Under the pieces are notes generated by a model. It did no database searches. It was not told the origin of the DNA and saw only the letters and a list, made by a program, of their open reading frames with translations. From IMG/VR virus record IMGVR_UViG_3300049846_000628, positions 1 through 64,000 of that record: DNA of 64,000 nt; one strand, 5' to 3'. Below are positions 27,456 to 36,923 of the stretch, piece by piece (the stretch's first letter is position 1; every line of letters starts with the position of its first letter). Position numbers and translations under genes: made by a program.

Positions 27456-28187
27456 TCATCTTCCTCTCCAGTTTTTATGTTCATAGTAAAAGTATTGGTC
27501 TACTTCATCAAGACCTGATAGAGGGGCACTTATACCCCACTCAGACCACTCTATACAAAACTGCCTGATATCGTGATTATGGACTATATTGTGCCCATAT
27601 ATTCTCACAAAAGAAGACATTGCAAATTGATATCTTTTATTATTGATAGGCATTATTAAGACCCCAATAAATCCATATTGCAATCGTGGAAAAATATATT
27701 AGGCTTCCGATTAAAAGTGTTTTAGTCATCATCTTCATCCTCGTAAGTAGATGGCTCTTCAAATAATTCGTCTATCTTCTGTTGTAAAACTATTCTTTGT
27801 AATTCTTGTAAATCTTCTTCTGTTAAAGATACCATTAGTTTAATGTAATTTTAAGAAAAGGAAGTAGCGGTGGAATAACACCTACAAGTCTTAGAAGTCC
27901 CTCAGCAAATAAAGCAAGAACCACCCAACCGACGCACATACTAATGATAGAAGCATTACGGTTGTGTCGTCGTATTGCTGCATCGATCATCTCCTTAACT
28001 TCACTGCGAGTTACATAATCATCATCATATGGTTCCATCATTTCTCATCTCCAAGAAACTTCGCAAGAGGATCTCTCCTAGTTTTAACAATCTCAACTGC
28101 TCTCTTATAGAACATATTATCAATGTTCCCAGAGGCTTCAAAAGTCTCCTTGATCTTCACCCAATTATCGTAGGTGTGCTGATCCAT
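27456..28187 (-). CDS. Cluster of small hypothetical genes (27456..27683, 27835..28041 and others)
   Basis: ORF track and manual reading. Confidence 0.5.
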
Positions 28188-28300
28188 AGGGTTTAAGTTG
28201 AATACTACTAGTTATGCTAGTGAGTATTTGAAGAAAGTCAAGTTTGTGTTGATACAAAAATATAGATTAAGACAATCTAAATTTTTGTAATTTTTCTAAA

Positions 28301-28387
28301 CGGTAGCGGTTAGATTCGAACTAACGGAGGTGTTACCCTCACTTGTTTTCAAGACAAGCGCAATAAACCGGACTCTGCCACGCTACC
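28301..28387 (-). tRNA. tRNA-Ser(TGA)
   Basis: CTTGT-CTTGAAA-ACAAG; long variable arm. Confidence 0.95.
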
Positions 28388-28455
28388 AGTATTTACGGAA
28401 TGTTAAGGAACTGAAAATATAAATATTTAAAGACCCTTCCGTTATTTATACATCT

Positions 28456-29079
28456 ATGATTGATGTAACTTGTTTAAATTGTAGCACATCTTTTAAGAAA
28501 TTACCATATGAAGTTAAAAGAACAAAAGGTAAAAACTTTTGTTGTATGAATTGCTTTAATGACTATCAAAGAAAAGATAGAATAAATCAAATCAAAGAGT
28601 GTGCTAACTGTGGTAAAAGTTTTCACAAGCGTCCAGCAGAACAAAAGAAAACAAAAAACCATTTTTGTTCTAGAAGTTGTGCTGCGACTTATAATAATAC
28701 CCACAAAACAAATGGAACTAGAGTATCAAAACTCGAAGTATTTTTACAAGAACAGTTAAGTCAAGAATATAATTTTGACTTTCACTTCAATAGAAAAGAT
28801 ACTATTAATTCAGAGTTAGATATTTACATTCCAGAAATTAATTTAGCATTTGAATTGAATGGTATTTTTCATTACGAACCAATTTATGGTGAAGAAAAAT
28901 TAAAGCAAACACAAAATAACGATGAAAGAAAATTTCAAGCGTGTCTGGAAAAAAATATAGAACTTTGTATTATTGATACTTCTTGGATGAAGTATAACAA
29001 AATAGAAAACTTCAAAAAAGTTTTAACTATTATTAAAGATATAATAACCAAAAAGTCCTCAACGGACTTCAAAATCTAA
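28456..29079 (+). CDS. Zn-ribbon plus PD-(D/E)xK (DUF559/Vsr-like) endonuclease
   Basis: Two CxxC...FC repeats; ELDIYIPEINLAFELNGIFHY. Confidence 0.75.
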   Translation: MIDVTCLNCSTSFKKLPYEVKRTKGKNFCCMNCFNDYQRKDRINQIKECANCGKSFHKRPAEQKKTKNHFCSRSCAATYNNTHKTNGTRVSKLEVFLQEQLSQEYNFDFHFNRKDTINSELDIYIPEINLAFELNGIFHYEPIYGEEKLKQTQNNDERKFQACLEKNIELCIIDTSWMKYNKIENFKKVLTIIKDIITKKSSTDFKI

Positions 29080-29316
29080 GCGTCTAACTTTACGTTGGCG
29101 TCTTGCTTCCTGAAAAGCAAGATCTTCATTTGAAAGAACACCAGACTTTGATTTTGTATGATAAGAGTTTAGCATAACAATAGAGGATAAGTCAACTGCT
29201 GAGATCTTATCACCACGAATGGTAGCCATATTAGAGCAACCACAAGTCACAGTTTTACTATGATGCCCCTCTATCTCCCTACCACAGGAGCGGCATCTGA
29301 TTCTTAAGTTTTCCAT
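29059..29316 (-). CDS. Zn-ribbon hypothetical protein
   Basis: CRSC...CGC. Confidence 0.65.
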   Translation of the reverse strand: MENLRIRCRSCGREIEGHHSKTVTCGCSNMATIRGDKISAVDLSSIVMLNSYHTKSKSGVLSNEDLAFQEARRQRKVRRLDFEVR

Positions 29317-29335
29317 TGCATTATAAGTTTAATTT

Positions 29336-29770
29336 TTATTCAGTAAATGAACGTAGCATCCAAACAAACTTGCCGTGAGCCTCATTCAAATCATCAAGAA
29401 GATTAATTGTACCTCTTGACTTTTGATTTTCTGCTTCAGTTGCAGCAGAGTTCAACATAGTAATTACTTTTTTATGATCTTCTAAAAGATCTTTGATCAT
29501 TTCCATTGAGGAAATATTAGTCTTTGCTTCCGAAACCCCAGAAACTTCCAGAACTCTTGAGAGAGAACTAATAGGCTTAACACCTAAAAATCTCATATGT
29601 TCTGATAGCCTATCAATTTCTTCTTGAACTGCAAGATATTGCTCTCCAAACAAATCGTGAATTTGTTTAAAATCTTCACCAACAACATGCCAGTGATAGA
29701 CCCAAGTTTTTTGAAATAATAAAAAGAGAGATGCTTGCGTATCACTCAGAAGTTTATATAGAGTTTCCAT
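29336..29770 (-). CDS. dps: Dps/ferritin-like protein
   Basis: YHWHVVG..F..IH.LF.EQY...IDRLSEHMR. Confidence 0.9.
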   Translation of the reverse strand: METLYKLLSDTQASLFLLFQKTWVYHWHVVGEDFKQIHDLFGEQYLAVQEEIDRLSEHMRFLGVKPISSLSRVLEVSGVSEAKTNISSMEMIKDLLEDHKKVITMLNSAATEAENQKSRGTINLLDDLNEAHGKFVWMLRSFTE

Positions 29771-29799
29771 TATACTTCTTTTTTGAAGTATTTATAAAG

Positions 29800-29871
29800 T
29801 GGGCAATATCGGATTCGAACCAATGACCAACTGCGTGTAAAGCAGCTGCGCTACCGCTGCGCTAATCGCCC
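29800..29871 (-). tRNA. tRNA-Val(TAC)
   Basis: GCTGC-TTTACAC-GCAGT cloverleaf. Confidence 0.95.
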
Positions 29872-30254
29872 AATAAAAGTCAATACTGACTCATTAAATA
29901 TTCTACAGTATTTGCTACATCATTCATAGCATCACGAAGACTTTCTCTTTGACCAGACTCTTGTTTGATAATGGGTCTATGATCGTCAGTAAGAGTCCAA
30001 CGCCATTGATTCATATCCTTACAAAACCAGAGATTAATTTTCATTCTTTGAATATTCCAGTTTAATCCAATTAATTAGGGCATTTAATTCCATCTTTTTT
30101 TCTTCAGTAAAATCAAATTTTTTATTGAAAAGATAAAAATCAAGTGCTTCAAGAGCAACTTCTCTATCGCGTTGGGAAATAAGAGACATAAACCTCCTAA
30201 CTTGCTTCTTATTATAAGGTAAAAGGGGGGTTTCGTCAACCCCCCATATGTATA

Positions 30255-31217
30255 TTAGTTACCGATACGACCAACAGCAATACGTGCTTTGTTGAGAACA
30301 GAACCTGCGAGAGGAACATAACCCAAATCATCAGCAATCATTTGTGCTTTTGTACTCAGTGCATAGTTCAAAGCACCGCGAATATCAGATGTCTTTGCAC
30401 CGTTACCAGTCTTATAAGCAAGAATCCAAGTCAGAGTAGAGATTGGATATGCACCAGCACCAGAAGGATTAGGACTTTCACCAGCAAGATTGCTATCCAG
30501 GGTAATACTGTTCAGAGCAGCAGCACCAGAGGTTGCAGAAGGAAGAACAAACTTACCTGCCTTATTTTGGATTGCTGCTGCCTGGAGTTTGTTTGCTTTT
30601 ACAAATCCAGTATTCACATAACCGATCGCACCAGGAGTGTTACGAATGGTTCCAGAAACACCTTCATTACCTTTAGCACCAATACCAACAGGCCAATTTA
30701 GTGCCTTACCTACACCATAAGTCCAACCACCGAAAGCATCCAGAGAATTAGTGAATGCAAAAGTAGTTCCAGAACCATCAGAACGATGAACAACTTTGAT
30801 TGCACCAGCAGCACAACCAACTTGCTTATAATCTTTGATACGTCCAGCAAAAATATCCACAGTCTGTTTCTGAGTGAGTTTCAGATTACAACCAGGCTTA
30901 TTATAAGCAACAGCAATCGTTCCACCCACCATAGGAATTTGAACGACACCACGCTTTACTTTTGCTGCTTCCGATGCCTTGATAGGTTCATCAGACGCAC
31001 CAAAATCGACGGTCCCAGCGATGAACTGACGAACACCAGCACCAGAACCGACAGATTGGTAATTAACACGATTTCCAGAAAACGCAGCATAGTCTTGGAA
31101 CCATCGTTGATAAATTGGGGCAGGAAATGTAGCACCCGCACCATTCAAAGCAGGTCCAGCAAATGCAGCAGCAGGAGCAGCAACCAGACCAACAGCAATA
31201 AAGTTTTTGAGTTTCAT
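30255..31217 (-). CDS. pstS: Phosphate ABC transporter substrate-binding protein
   Basis: GAGATFPAPIY, YQSVGSGAG, HRSDGSGTT; start MKLKNFI 31217. Confidence 0.96.
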   Translation of the reverse strand: MKLKNFIAVGLVAAPAAAFAGPALNGAGATFPAPIYQRWFQDYAAFSGNRVNYQSVGSGAGVRQFIAGTVDFGASDEPIKASEAAKVKRGVVQIPMVGGTIAVAYNKPGCNLKLTQKQTVDIFAGRIKDYKQVGCAAGAIKVVHRSDGSGTTFAFTNSLDAFGGWTYGVGKALNWPVGIGAKGNEGVSGTIRNTPGAIGYVNTGFVKANKLQAAAIQNKAGKFVLPSATSGAAALNSITLDSNLAGESPNPSGAGAYPISTLTWILAYKTGNGAKTSDIRGALNYALSTKAQMIADDLGYVPLAGSVLNKARIAVGRIGN

Positions 31218-31269
31218 AAAAAGTGAATAACTTCGTGAATAATTGTACTCGAATAAAATATGAAAGTCC

Positions 31270-31286
31270 ACTAAGATTTAGTTAAG
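31270..31286 (-). promoter_or_regulatory. Putative Pho box upstream of pstS
   Basis: CTTAACT and CTTAGTG at 11-bp spacing; second repeat degenerate. Confidence 0.45.
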
Positions 31287-31349
31287 GTTTGGATTTCATA
31301 AAAAAGCACCCCATAAAGAGGTGCTTTCACTCATACTATGAGTTGTTTA

Positions 31350-32864
31350 TCAGAACGTAAACTTGGTCTGAATCACACCACCAAAGTTGGAAGATGTACC
31401 AGCAAATGCCTGGTTGTTAGAGGCATAGAACACTGCAGGAGTTACAGTGATATTATCGGACACCTTATACTTGTAGAATACTTCCCACATCGTTGCATCC
31501 TTATCCAGTCCTTCAGCATTACCAGGTTGACCGATGGCGAAACCAGCGGAATTACCCTTAGCAAACACATCAGACCACTGGAGACCAGCATACCAAGTCT
31601 GAGAATCAGTAGCACCAGCAGGAGTTGCCTGACCTGCTGCATCCAGGCTTACGGTGTTCCAACCATAACCACCACTCACAGAAGGAATAATACCAGACTT
31701 AGAGGGTTGCCAATAAGCACTCAGAGAATATCCATTTGAGGTTTGACCAGCAACAAGAGCACCAGACTTACCACCAACAGCATTGAAGGTACGAACACGG
31801 GTGCCTTCAGTACCATAACGGTAACCGAATGCAATACCATAGTTAGGAGCACGATAACCAATCTGAGCAAGAGTGTTCAGAGCACCAGCTTCATTGAACT
31901 CACCCTTAGTGGAATCAGAACCACTTTGAGCAACATAGTTCACGCCAGCGACGAAACCACCTTTACCTTTTTTGGTAGGTTGTACCCATTGAGCACCAAA
32001 ACCAGAACCAGTTGCCTTGTTATAGACACCAGGAGCACCAGCAAGTTGGAAGAAGTCCAGAATCTCCGACTTATATGCAGTAGGAATCCAAGTCATCTCA
32101 GTGTTACGAACCAGAGCACCAGCAGTCAGAGTCACACCCTTAGCAAGTGCAGGGAACTGATAGTAGAGACGGTCAAGAGTAACTGCGTTTGCAGTGCTCT
32201 CTGCCTTATCCAGTTTGAATAGGGAAGAAGATGAACCGAAAGGTTGACTGGAGAAGTTACCAGAACGCAGACGAGTGCGGAGCAGGTCTTTACCAGTGAA
32301 CGAAGTATCAAGGTTCAGACGGAGATCATAGTTGAATGCAGTGTTACCAACATTCGTGCTAGCAGGATTCTTGGAAGTACCAGGAGTCCAAGCATTATCT
32401 ACGCCACCCAGAACAAAGTTTGCTTCACCACGCAGTTTGGTAGTGGTGGAGAACTGGGTTGCTTCCAGTTGACCAACTTTGGTTTCCAGACTTGCAACCT
32501 TACCTTGAATAACGGTGAGTTCGTCACGGAACTCATTAGCAAGACGCTTGAGTTCATCAGTAACTTCAGTCACACGGTCAAGGCAAGCATTCAGGAGTGC
32601 TGCTGCCTCATAGCGAGTCATTGCCTTACCACCAGCAAAAGTGCCGTTGGGGTAACCAGCAACGCAACCATAACGCTCTACAAGGTTGCTGAGTGCCTGA
32701 TATGCCCAGTCAGTAGGTTGCACATCAGAGAATTGGGTGACGCTTGTAGCCTGTTGTGCAGAATATTGATTGACTGCCGCCATATTAAGGTCTGCAGCAT
32801 TCGCGGCAACAGGAGCAACCATTCCCAGAGCAACAGGTGCGAGCATCAGTTGTTTGAGTTTCAT
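31350..32864 (-). CDS. Cyanobacterial SLH-domain porin (Som/OprB family)
   Basis: Signal peptide; FSDVQPTDWAYQAL SLH; QFSTTTKLRGE; C-terminal KFTF. Confidence 0.93.
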   Translation of the reverse strand: MKLKQLMLAPVALGMVAPVAANAADLNMAAVNQYSAQQATSVTQFSDVQPTDWAYQALSNLVERYGCVAGYPNGTFAGGKAMTRYEAAALLNACLDRVTEVTDELKRLANEFRDELTVIQGKVASLETKVGQLEATQFSTTTKLRGEANFVLGGVDNAWTPGTSKNPASTNVGNTAFNYDLRLNLDTSFTGKDLLRTRLRSGNFSSQPFGSSSSLFKLDKAESTANAVTLDRLYYQFPALAKGVTLTAGALVRNTEMTWIPTAYKSEILDFFQLAGAPGVYNKATGSGFGAQWVQPTKKGKGGFVAGVNYVAQSGSDSTKGEFNEAGALNTLAQIGYRAPNYGIAFGYRYGTEGTRVRTFNAVGGKSGALVAGQTSNGYSLSAYWQPSKSGIIPSVSGGYGWNTVSLDAAGQATPAGATDSQTWYAGLQWSDVFAKGNSAGFAIGQPGNAEGLDKDATMWEVFYKYKVSDNITVTPAVFYASNNQAFAGTSSNFGGVIQTKFTF

Positions 32865-32986
32865 AAAGTTTGTTTTTTTAGTACTAAACGACATACTGAG
32901 TTTCCGTGCAAATAGTTGCGGCACGGTCACATCAGGAGTCTATCTTAACATTTTCTTTGGGATCAGTCAAGCTTTTTGGTCTTTTA

Positions 32987-33058
32987 AGCGGAGTATCGGA
33001 TTCGAACCGACGACATCTAACTTGGAAGGATAGCGTTCTACCACTGAACTAACTCCGC
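32987..33058 (-). tRNA. tRNA-Gly(TCC)
   Basis: CTATC-CTTCCAA-GTTAG cloverleaf. Confidence 0.93.
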
Positions 33059-33134
33059 AAAGTGGGAGATTTCTCTCCCAGCACATTCCTTCACACGGAC
33101 ATATGAAGTATAAGACATAATGAATATTATGTCA

Positions 33135-33206
33135 AGCCCCCGACTGGATTTGAACCAGCGACCAACGGTTTACAAAACCGTTGCTCTACCACTGAGCTAC
33201 AAGGGC
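33135..33206 (-). tRNA. tRNA-Thr(TGT)
   Basis: ACGGT-TTTGTAA-ACCGT cloverleaf. Confidence 0.95.
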
Positions 33207-33296
33207 GAAACAGGGGAGGCCATCCCCCTGGCCTAAGCGAACTTAGGTCTTAGTTGGAAGGAGAGCTCTTGGACGGAACCGCAGGATCACTTCCAA

Positions 33297-33368
33297 CTCC
33301 ACAACCTGGATTCGAACCAGGGACCAAATGATTAACAGTCATCTGCGCTACCGCTGCGCCATTGTGGA
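33297..33368 (-). tRNA. tRNA-Asn(GTT)
   Basis: GATGA-CTGTTAA-TCATT cloverleaf. Confidence 0.95.
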
Positions 33369-33478
33369 ATGATGGAGTAAGTATAATATATCTCATAAGG
33401 ATATAACAGTGACTTACTCTCTATCACTTTTATATATGGATCATCTTTCTAGGATATCTGCCTAGCGATTACTCCAAG

Positions 33479-33551
33479 CAGGCAAGGAGGGACTCGAACC
33501 CCCAATCGACATCTTAGAAGGATGCTGCATTATCCATTATGCTACTTGCCC
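33479..33551 (-). tRNA. tRNA-Arg(TCT)
   Basis: GCATC-CTTCTAA-GATGT cloverleaf. Confidence 0.95.
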
Positions 33552-33691
33552 GTAAGAGACCTCCTGGTTTGTGCATCGTTGATAGGCATAGGAGGGGCAG
33601 GTCTTATGCGGAGTTTGGACCCCCGCTGCCTATGAAAGTATTATAGGATAGAGAGGGGCTTACGTCAAGCCCCTCCAACTATTCTATTGTA

Positions 33692-33952
33692 TCAAACTTC
33701 TACCGTGATCAGTTTGGAAGCATACTCATGAGCATACGAAGTGCGAGCACCGTGATGCCCCCAACCAATCCAACTGTACGCATAGTCCATGTAACGATTG
33801 ATAGATTTACCAGGAGTCTTCATACGACTCTCAATCTCTTTCCATTGGACTTCATTCGTAAGATAACGAAGTTGCGTGTGAAGTTCTGACGGAGAACCAC
33901 CATACTTCTTAGCAAAATCACCCAATCCATAATAACGATTGGCAGATGTCCA
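33692..33952 (-). pseudogene. Orphan 3' fragment of the tail-lysozyme-like gene (86 codons, no start codon)
   Basis: WTSANRYYGLGDFAKK...KLITVEV*; 58/86 aa identical to the C-terminus of 35581..36276 by manual alignment. Confidence 0.9.
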
Positions 33953-33956
33953 TTCT

Positions 33957-34752
33957 AATTTTATTTACCAAGTTCTACTGGTAATTTGATGTCGTTTAGT
34001 TCGTCATAAAGAAGTTTAGCAAAAATAAGATGTGGTTTCTGTCTTGTTTCTATTGCTGAACTTGTAGCAACACTCCACATAATATCAAGTTGTAGTTTAT
34101 CAGGTAGTTTCTTCATCAGGTAGTTCCTTATTCAAATCAACACCATCTAAAACTTTATCTGCCCATTTTAGTGCTTCAATATTCTCAATAATAGATTTGA
34201 TTTGTTTGAGATTATCATAAAGTTGTTTATTGAAATCATAACATTCAGTCAAATGTTCTATGTTGTTGTCCTCAAAGTTAGTTTCCTCACGGATTTCCCA
34301 AGACAAACCATCCATATCTGCTGCGGTTTCTGTGATAAAGTATTCAAGTGTTTCAAGTAAAGTCATCAGTTTTCCCCATAGATACTTCTACTTCCATTTC
34401 ATTCATAATCATTTGAAGTTTTTTGACTATATTGGTTCGTGCTTCCTCTGTGGAAGAACCAGTCCAATAATCACCGTGACTTATGGAGTGTAGCACAGTA
34501 TCGGTGAGAATGTATAAATCTAATGATGTGAGTTTAGTCATCATCAGAACTCCATTTGGTGCTTACATTACTTCTTTCCCAACCTTCATCATAACCCACT
34601 TTGAAGCCTTCTGTGTAGATTAGAGCAGCAAACTTCAAGAGTTGTCGTTCCCAACACTCCCAGTAATCTGATTGTGTCCCATCATCTTTTTCACCCACGA
34701 ATGTATCAAACCCACAGGTTTTAGCAAGTTTTAGGATTTGTTCGTTAGTCAT
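33957..34752 (-). CDS. Run of small hypothetical cargo genes (34100..34366, 34353..34544, 34534..34752 and a short one near 33960-34100)
   Basis: Abutting ORFs downstream of an early promoter module. Confidence 0.6.
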
Positions 34753-34832
34753 CGGTTTGGTTGCTTATGAGAGTATTATAAGACATCAAGAGGCATCTTT
34801 AAAGTGTCTCTGTGCCAGTTCTTCAAGTGTCA

Positions 34833-35483
34833 TCAAACAACTCTACCATACCAAAAACCACTTGGAAGTTCATCAATAGAATTTATATATTTGTTTTCAT
34901 TTCCATTTGTAATCCACTTTTTACCATAACAAGGATTTTTCTCACCAAGTTTTGCCTGAATATGTTTTCTTTTTGTTTCTGGATTTTGATGAGATTTGAT
35001 TGCTGCCTGTCTATGTTTCTCAACTATTTCTGGACGATTATGTGCTAATTTTCCACTTCTACTTTTTTTATTTTTGATTTCTGGTTTATTCAAAGTTCTA
35101 ATCAAGTTTTTTCTTGCTTTCTCTTTAAGTTTTGGATTACTCATAGGATTGTATTCTGTTTTCATCAACTCACTTCTTTTCTTATTTGCTTCTTCACCAG
35201 CACCTTTATTACAATAAAATCCAGTAGAAGTTTGTTTTGCTCTATTAGCAAAGTGTGGATTTTTATCTACTTCATAAAAGTCGTGGAGAGCACATTCTGC
35301 TGCCAGGGCTTTCTCCACACTATCAAAAGTTTCTAATATTATTTTTTGAGTTGGATTGAAAGTTTTATCTTTGAAACTTCCAAAATAACTTACATCTTCT
35401 TCTGGAAGACATTTACATTCTCTTTTTCCAATATATCCCCTTCCATATTCCTCATAGGAATAATACACATAAAAGTGTTTCAT
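34833..35483 (-). CDS. GIY-YIG homing endonuclease
   Basis: FYVYYSYEEYGRGYIGKR...YFGS...ALAAE..LH..ANRA. Confidence 0.9.
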   Translation of the reverse strand: MKHFYVYYSYEEYGRGYIGKRECKCLPEEDVSYFGSFKDKTFNPTQKIILETFDSVEKALAAECALHDFYEVDKNPHFANRAKQTSTGFYCNKGAGEEANKKRSELMKTEYNPMSNPKLKEKARKNLIRTLNKPEIKNKKSRSGKLAHNRPEIVEKHRQAAIKSHQNPETKRKHIQAKLGEKNPCYGKKWITNGNENKYINSIDELPSGFWYGRVV

Positions 35484-35580
35484 ACTACTCTAACTTGCTG
35501 ACATTACTATTTATACAAGAAAGGAGTGCCGAAGCACTCCAATCTCACCTGAAAAGTGTCAGCAAGTCAGGTAAAGTTAT

Positions 35581-36276
35581 TTAGACATCAGCAAGAACCA
35601 ATCGTTTAGCATAGTCATAAGCATATTGTGTTCTTGCTCCATGGTGTCCCCATCCAATCCATTCATAGGCATAATTCATATACCTATCAATAGATTTTCC
35701 AGAAACTCTCATTCTGTTTTCAATACTCTTCCATTGTGGTTCAGTAGTAATATACCGAAGTTGAGTATCAGCAGTAGAAGGATTGCCTCCTATTTTTTTA
35801 GCAAAAGCACCCAGTCCATAATAACGAGAAGCAGAAGTAAATTGTATCAAACCATAACCTCTTCCACAATTATAGTATGAGGTTCTACTACCACCTTCGC
35901 AAATGTTAGGAATAAAAGTTGATTCCTGACGAATATTTCCCATAATGGTAGCAAGGGCGTTTCTGTCTTTAATTCCAATGTCCTGGAAATAATCCAGGGC
36001 AACATTTTCATTTTCATTACACCCTTTACAAATTAACCTTTTTTCTTTTGGCTTTGGTAATGCAACCTCTCGGATTGCTGTCTTCTTTTCATCTACAAGA
36101 TCAAACTCTTTGATAATAGCAAATGGTTTGGTTGTTGGTTCCACTGGTGGTGGAGGACCTTGCATCTTGTAGTTGACGAATGGCAGTGATGCCGTACTGG
36201 TTGTAACCGATGCCAGAAGAGGCAGGGCTACTGTAAAGAAATTTTGCACTAGTTTTAATTGAACTCTACATCCCAA
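35581..36276 (-). CDS. Phage tail-lysozyme-like cell-wall hydrolase
   Basis: ALATIMGNIRQES...GYGLIQFT; N-terminal signal-like segment. Confidence 0.75.
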   Translation of the reverse strand: MGCRVQLKLVQNFFTVALPLLASVTTSTASLPFVNYKMQGPPPPVEPTTKPFAIIKEFDLVDEKKTAIREVALPKPKEKRLICKGCNENENVALDYFQDIGIKDRNALATIMGNIRQESTFIPNICEGGSRTSYYNCGRGYGLIQFTSASRYYGLGAFAKKIGGNPSTADTQLRYITTEPQWKSIENRMRVSGKSIDRYMNYAYEWIGWGHHGARTQYAYDYAKRLVLADV

Positions 36277-36461
36277 TAGAGAAAGCGCACTTCCCCTCTC
36301 TCAAGGGGCAATCTCCTGGGCTCTAATTTCACATCAAAATCTCATGATGTAATCCCTGTAAAGGGATTTTTCATAATAAGTTTTTATTTAGGTTTTGTCA
36401 AGTAGTCCAGTTTGGAAACCGCCTTACTAAATACAAATGTATATTTACCACCACTAGAGCA

Positions 36462-36923
36462 ATGAAAAGATTAGCACTGGTCTTTTCGTTATTTTTTACT
36501 ACACCTGCTTTTGCTGCTGAAATTACAAACAAAATTGTTGACTCCGTACAATTAGGCGTTCAGGGTGCAGCGGTCCAATCAAATAGAGTAGGTGCTTCCT
36601 ACTCAGTCTCAGGAACAAATATCGACGTTACAACTCTTGGTGGAGTTGGCGGCGCAGGTTCCTACAACATCAATACAAACGGTGCGGCATTTAGTTTTGC
36701 CGAAACCTCCATTACTGCAGATACTGTCGTCACCACACAGTCGGCGGCTTCTGGAACAATTGCTTCACCAAATCTCTATAGCGATTCTACCACTCAATTA
36801 GGTGGTTCTGCTGGTTCTCTTGCAGGAACTTTAAGCCCAACTGGTGTTCCTACTGTTACTGCAGGTGGTCCTGGAACCACTGCAACTGCTCAAAGAACGG
36901 TTGAACTGAGCGTATTCAAGTGA
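36462..36923 (+). CDS. Secreted hypothetical protein
   Basis: Signal peptide MKRLALVFSLFFTTPAFA. Confidence 0.7.
   Translation: MKRLALVFSLFFTTPAFAAEITNKIVDSVQLGVQGAAVQSNRVGASYSVSGTNIDVTTLGGVGGAGSYNINTNGAAFSFAETSITADTVVTTQSAASGTIASPNLYSDSTTQLGGSAGSLAGTLSPTGVPTVTAGGPGTTATAQRTVELSVFK

Noticed and set aside
30342-33033. Long plus-strand ORFs opposite pstS and the porin (e.g. 32244..32915, 31743..32222, 30786..31226)
   Set aside because: Antisense shadows of strongly codon-biased genes; no RBS or recognisable motifs
33207-33296. tRNA-associated HDV-like (theta) ribozyme
   Set aside because: Could not fit P2, P3 and a J4/2 C-(G/A)-A by hand; kept only as a generic ncRNA candidate
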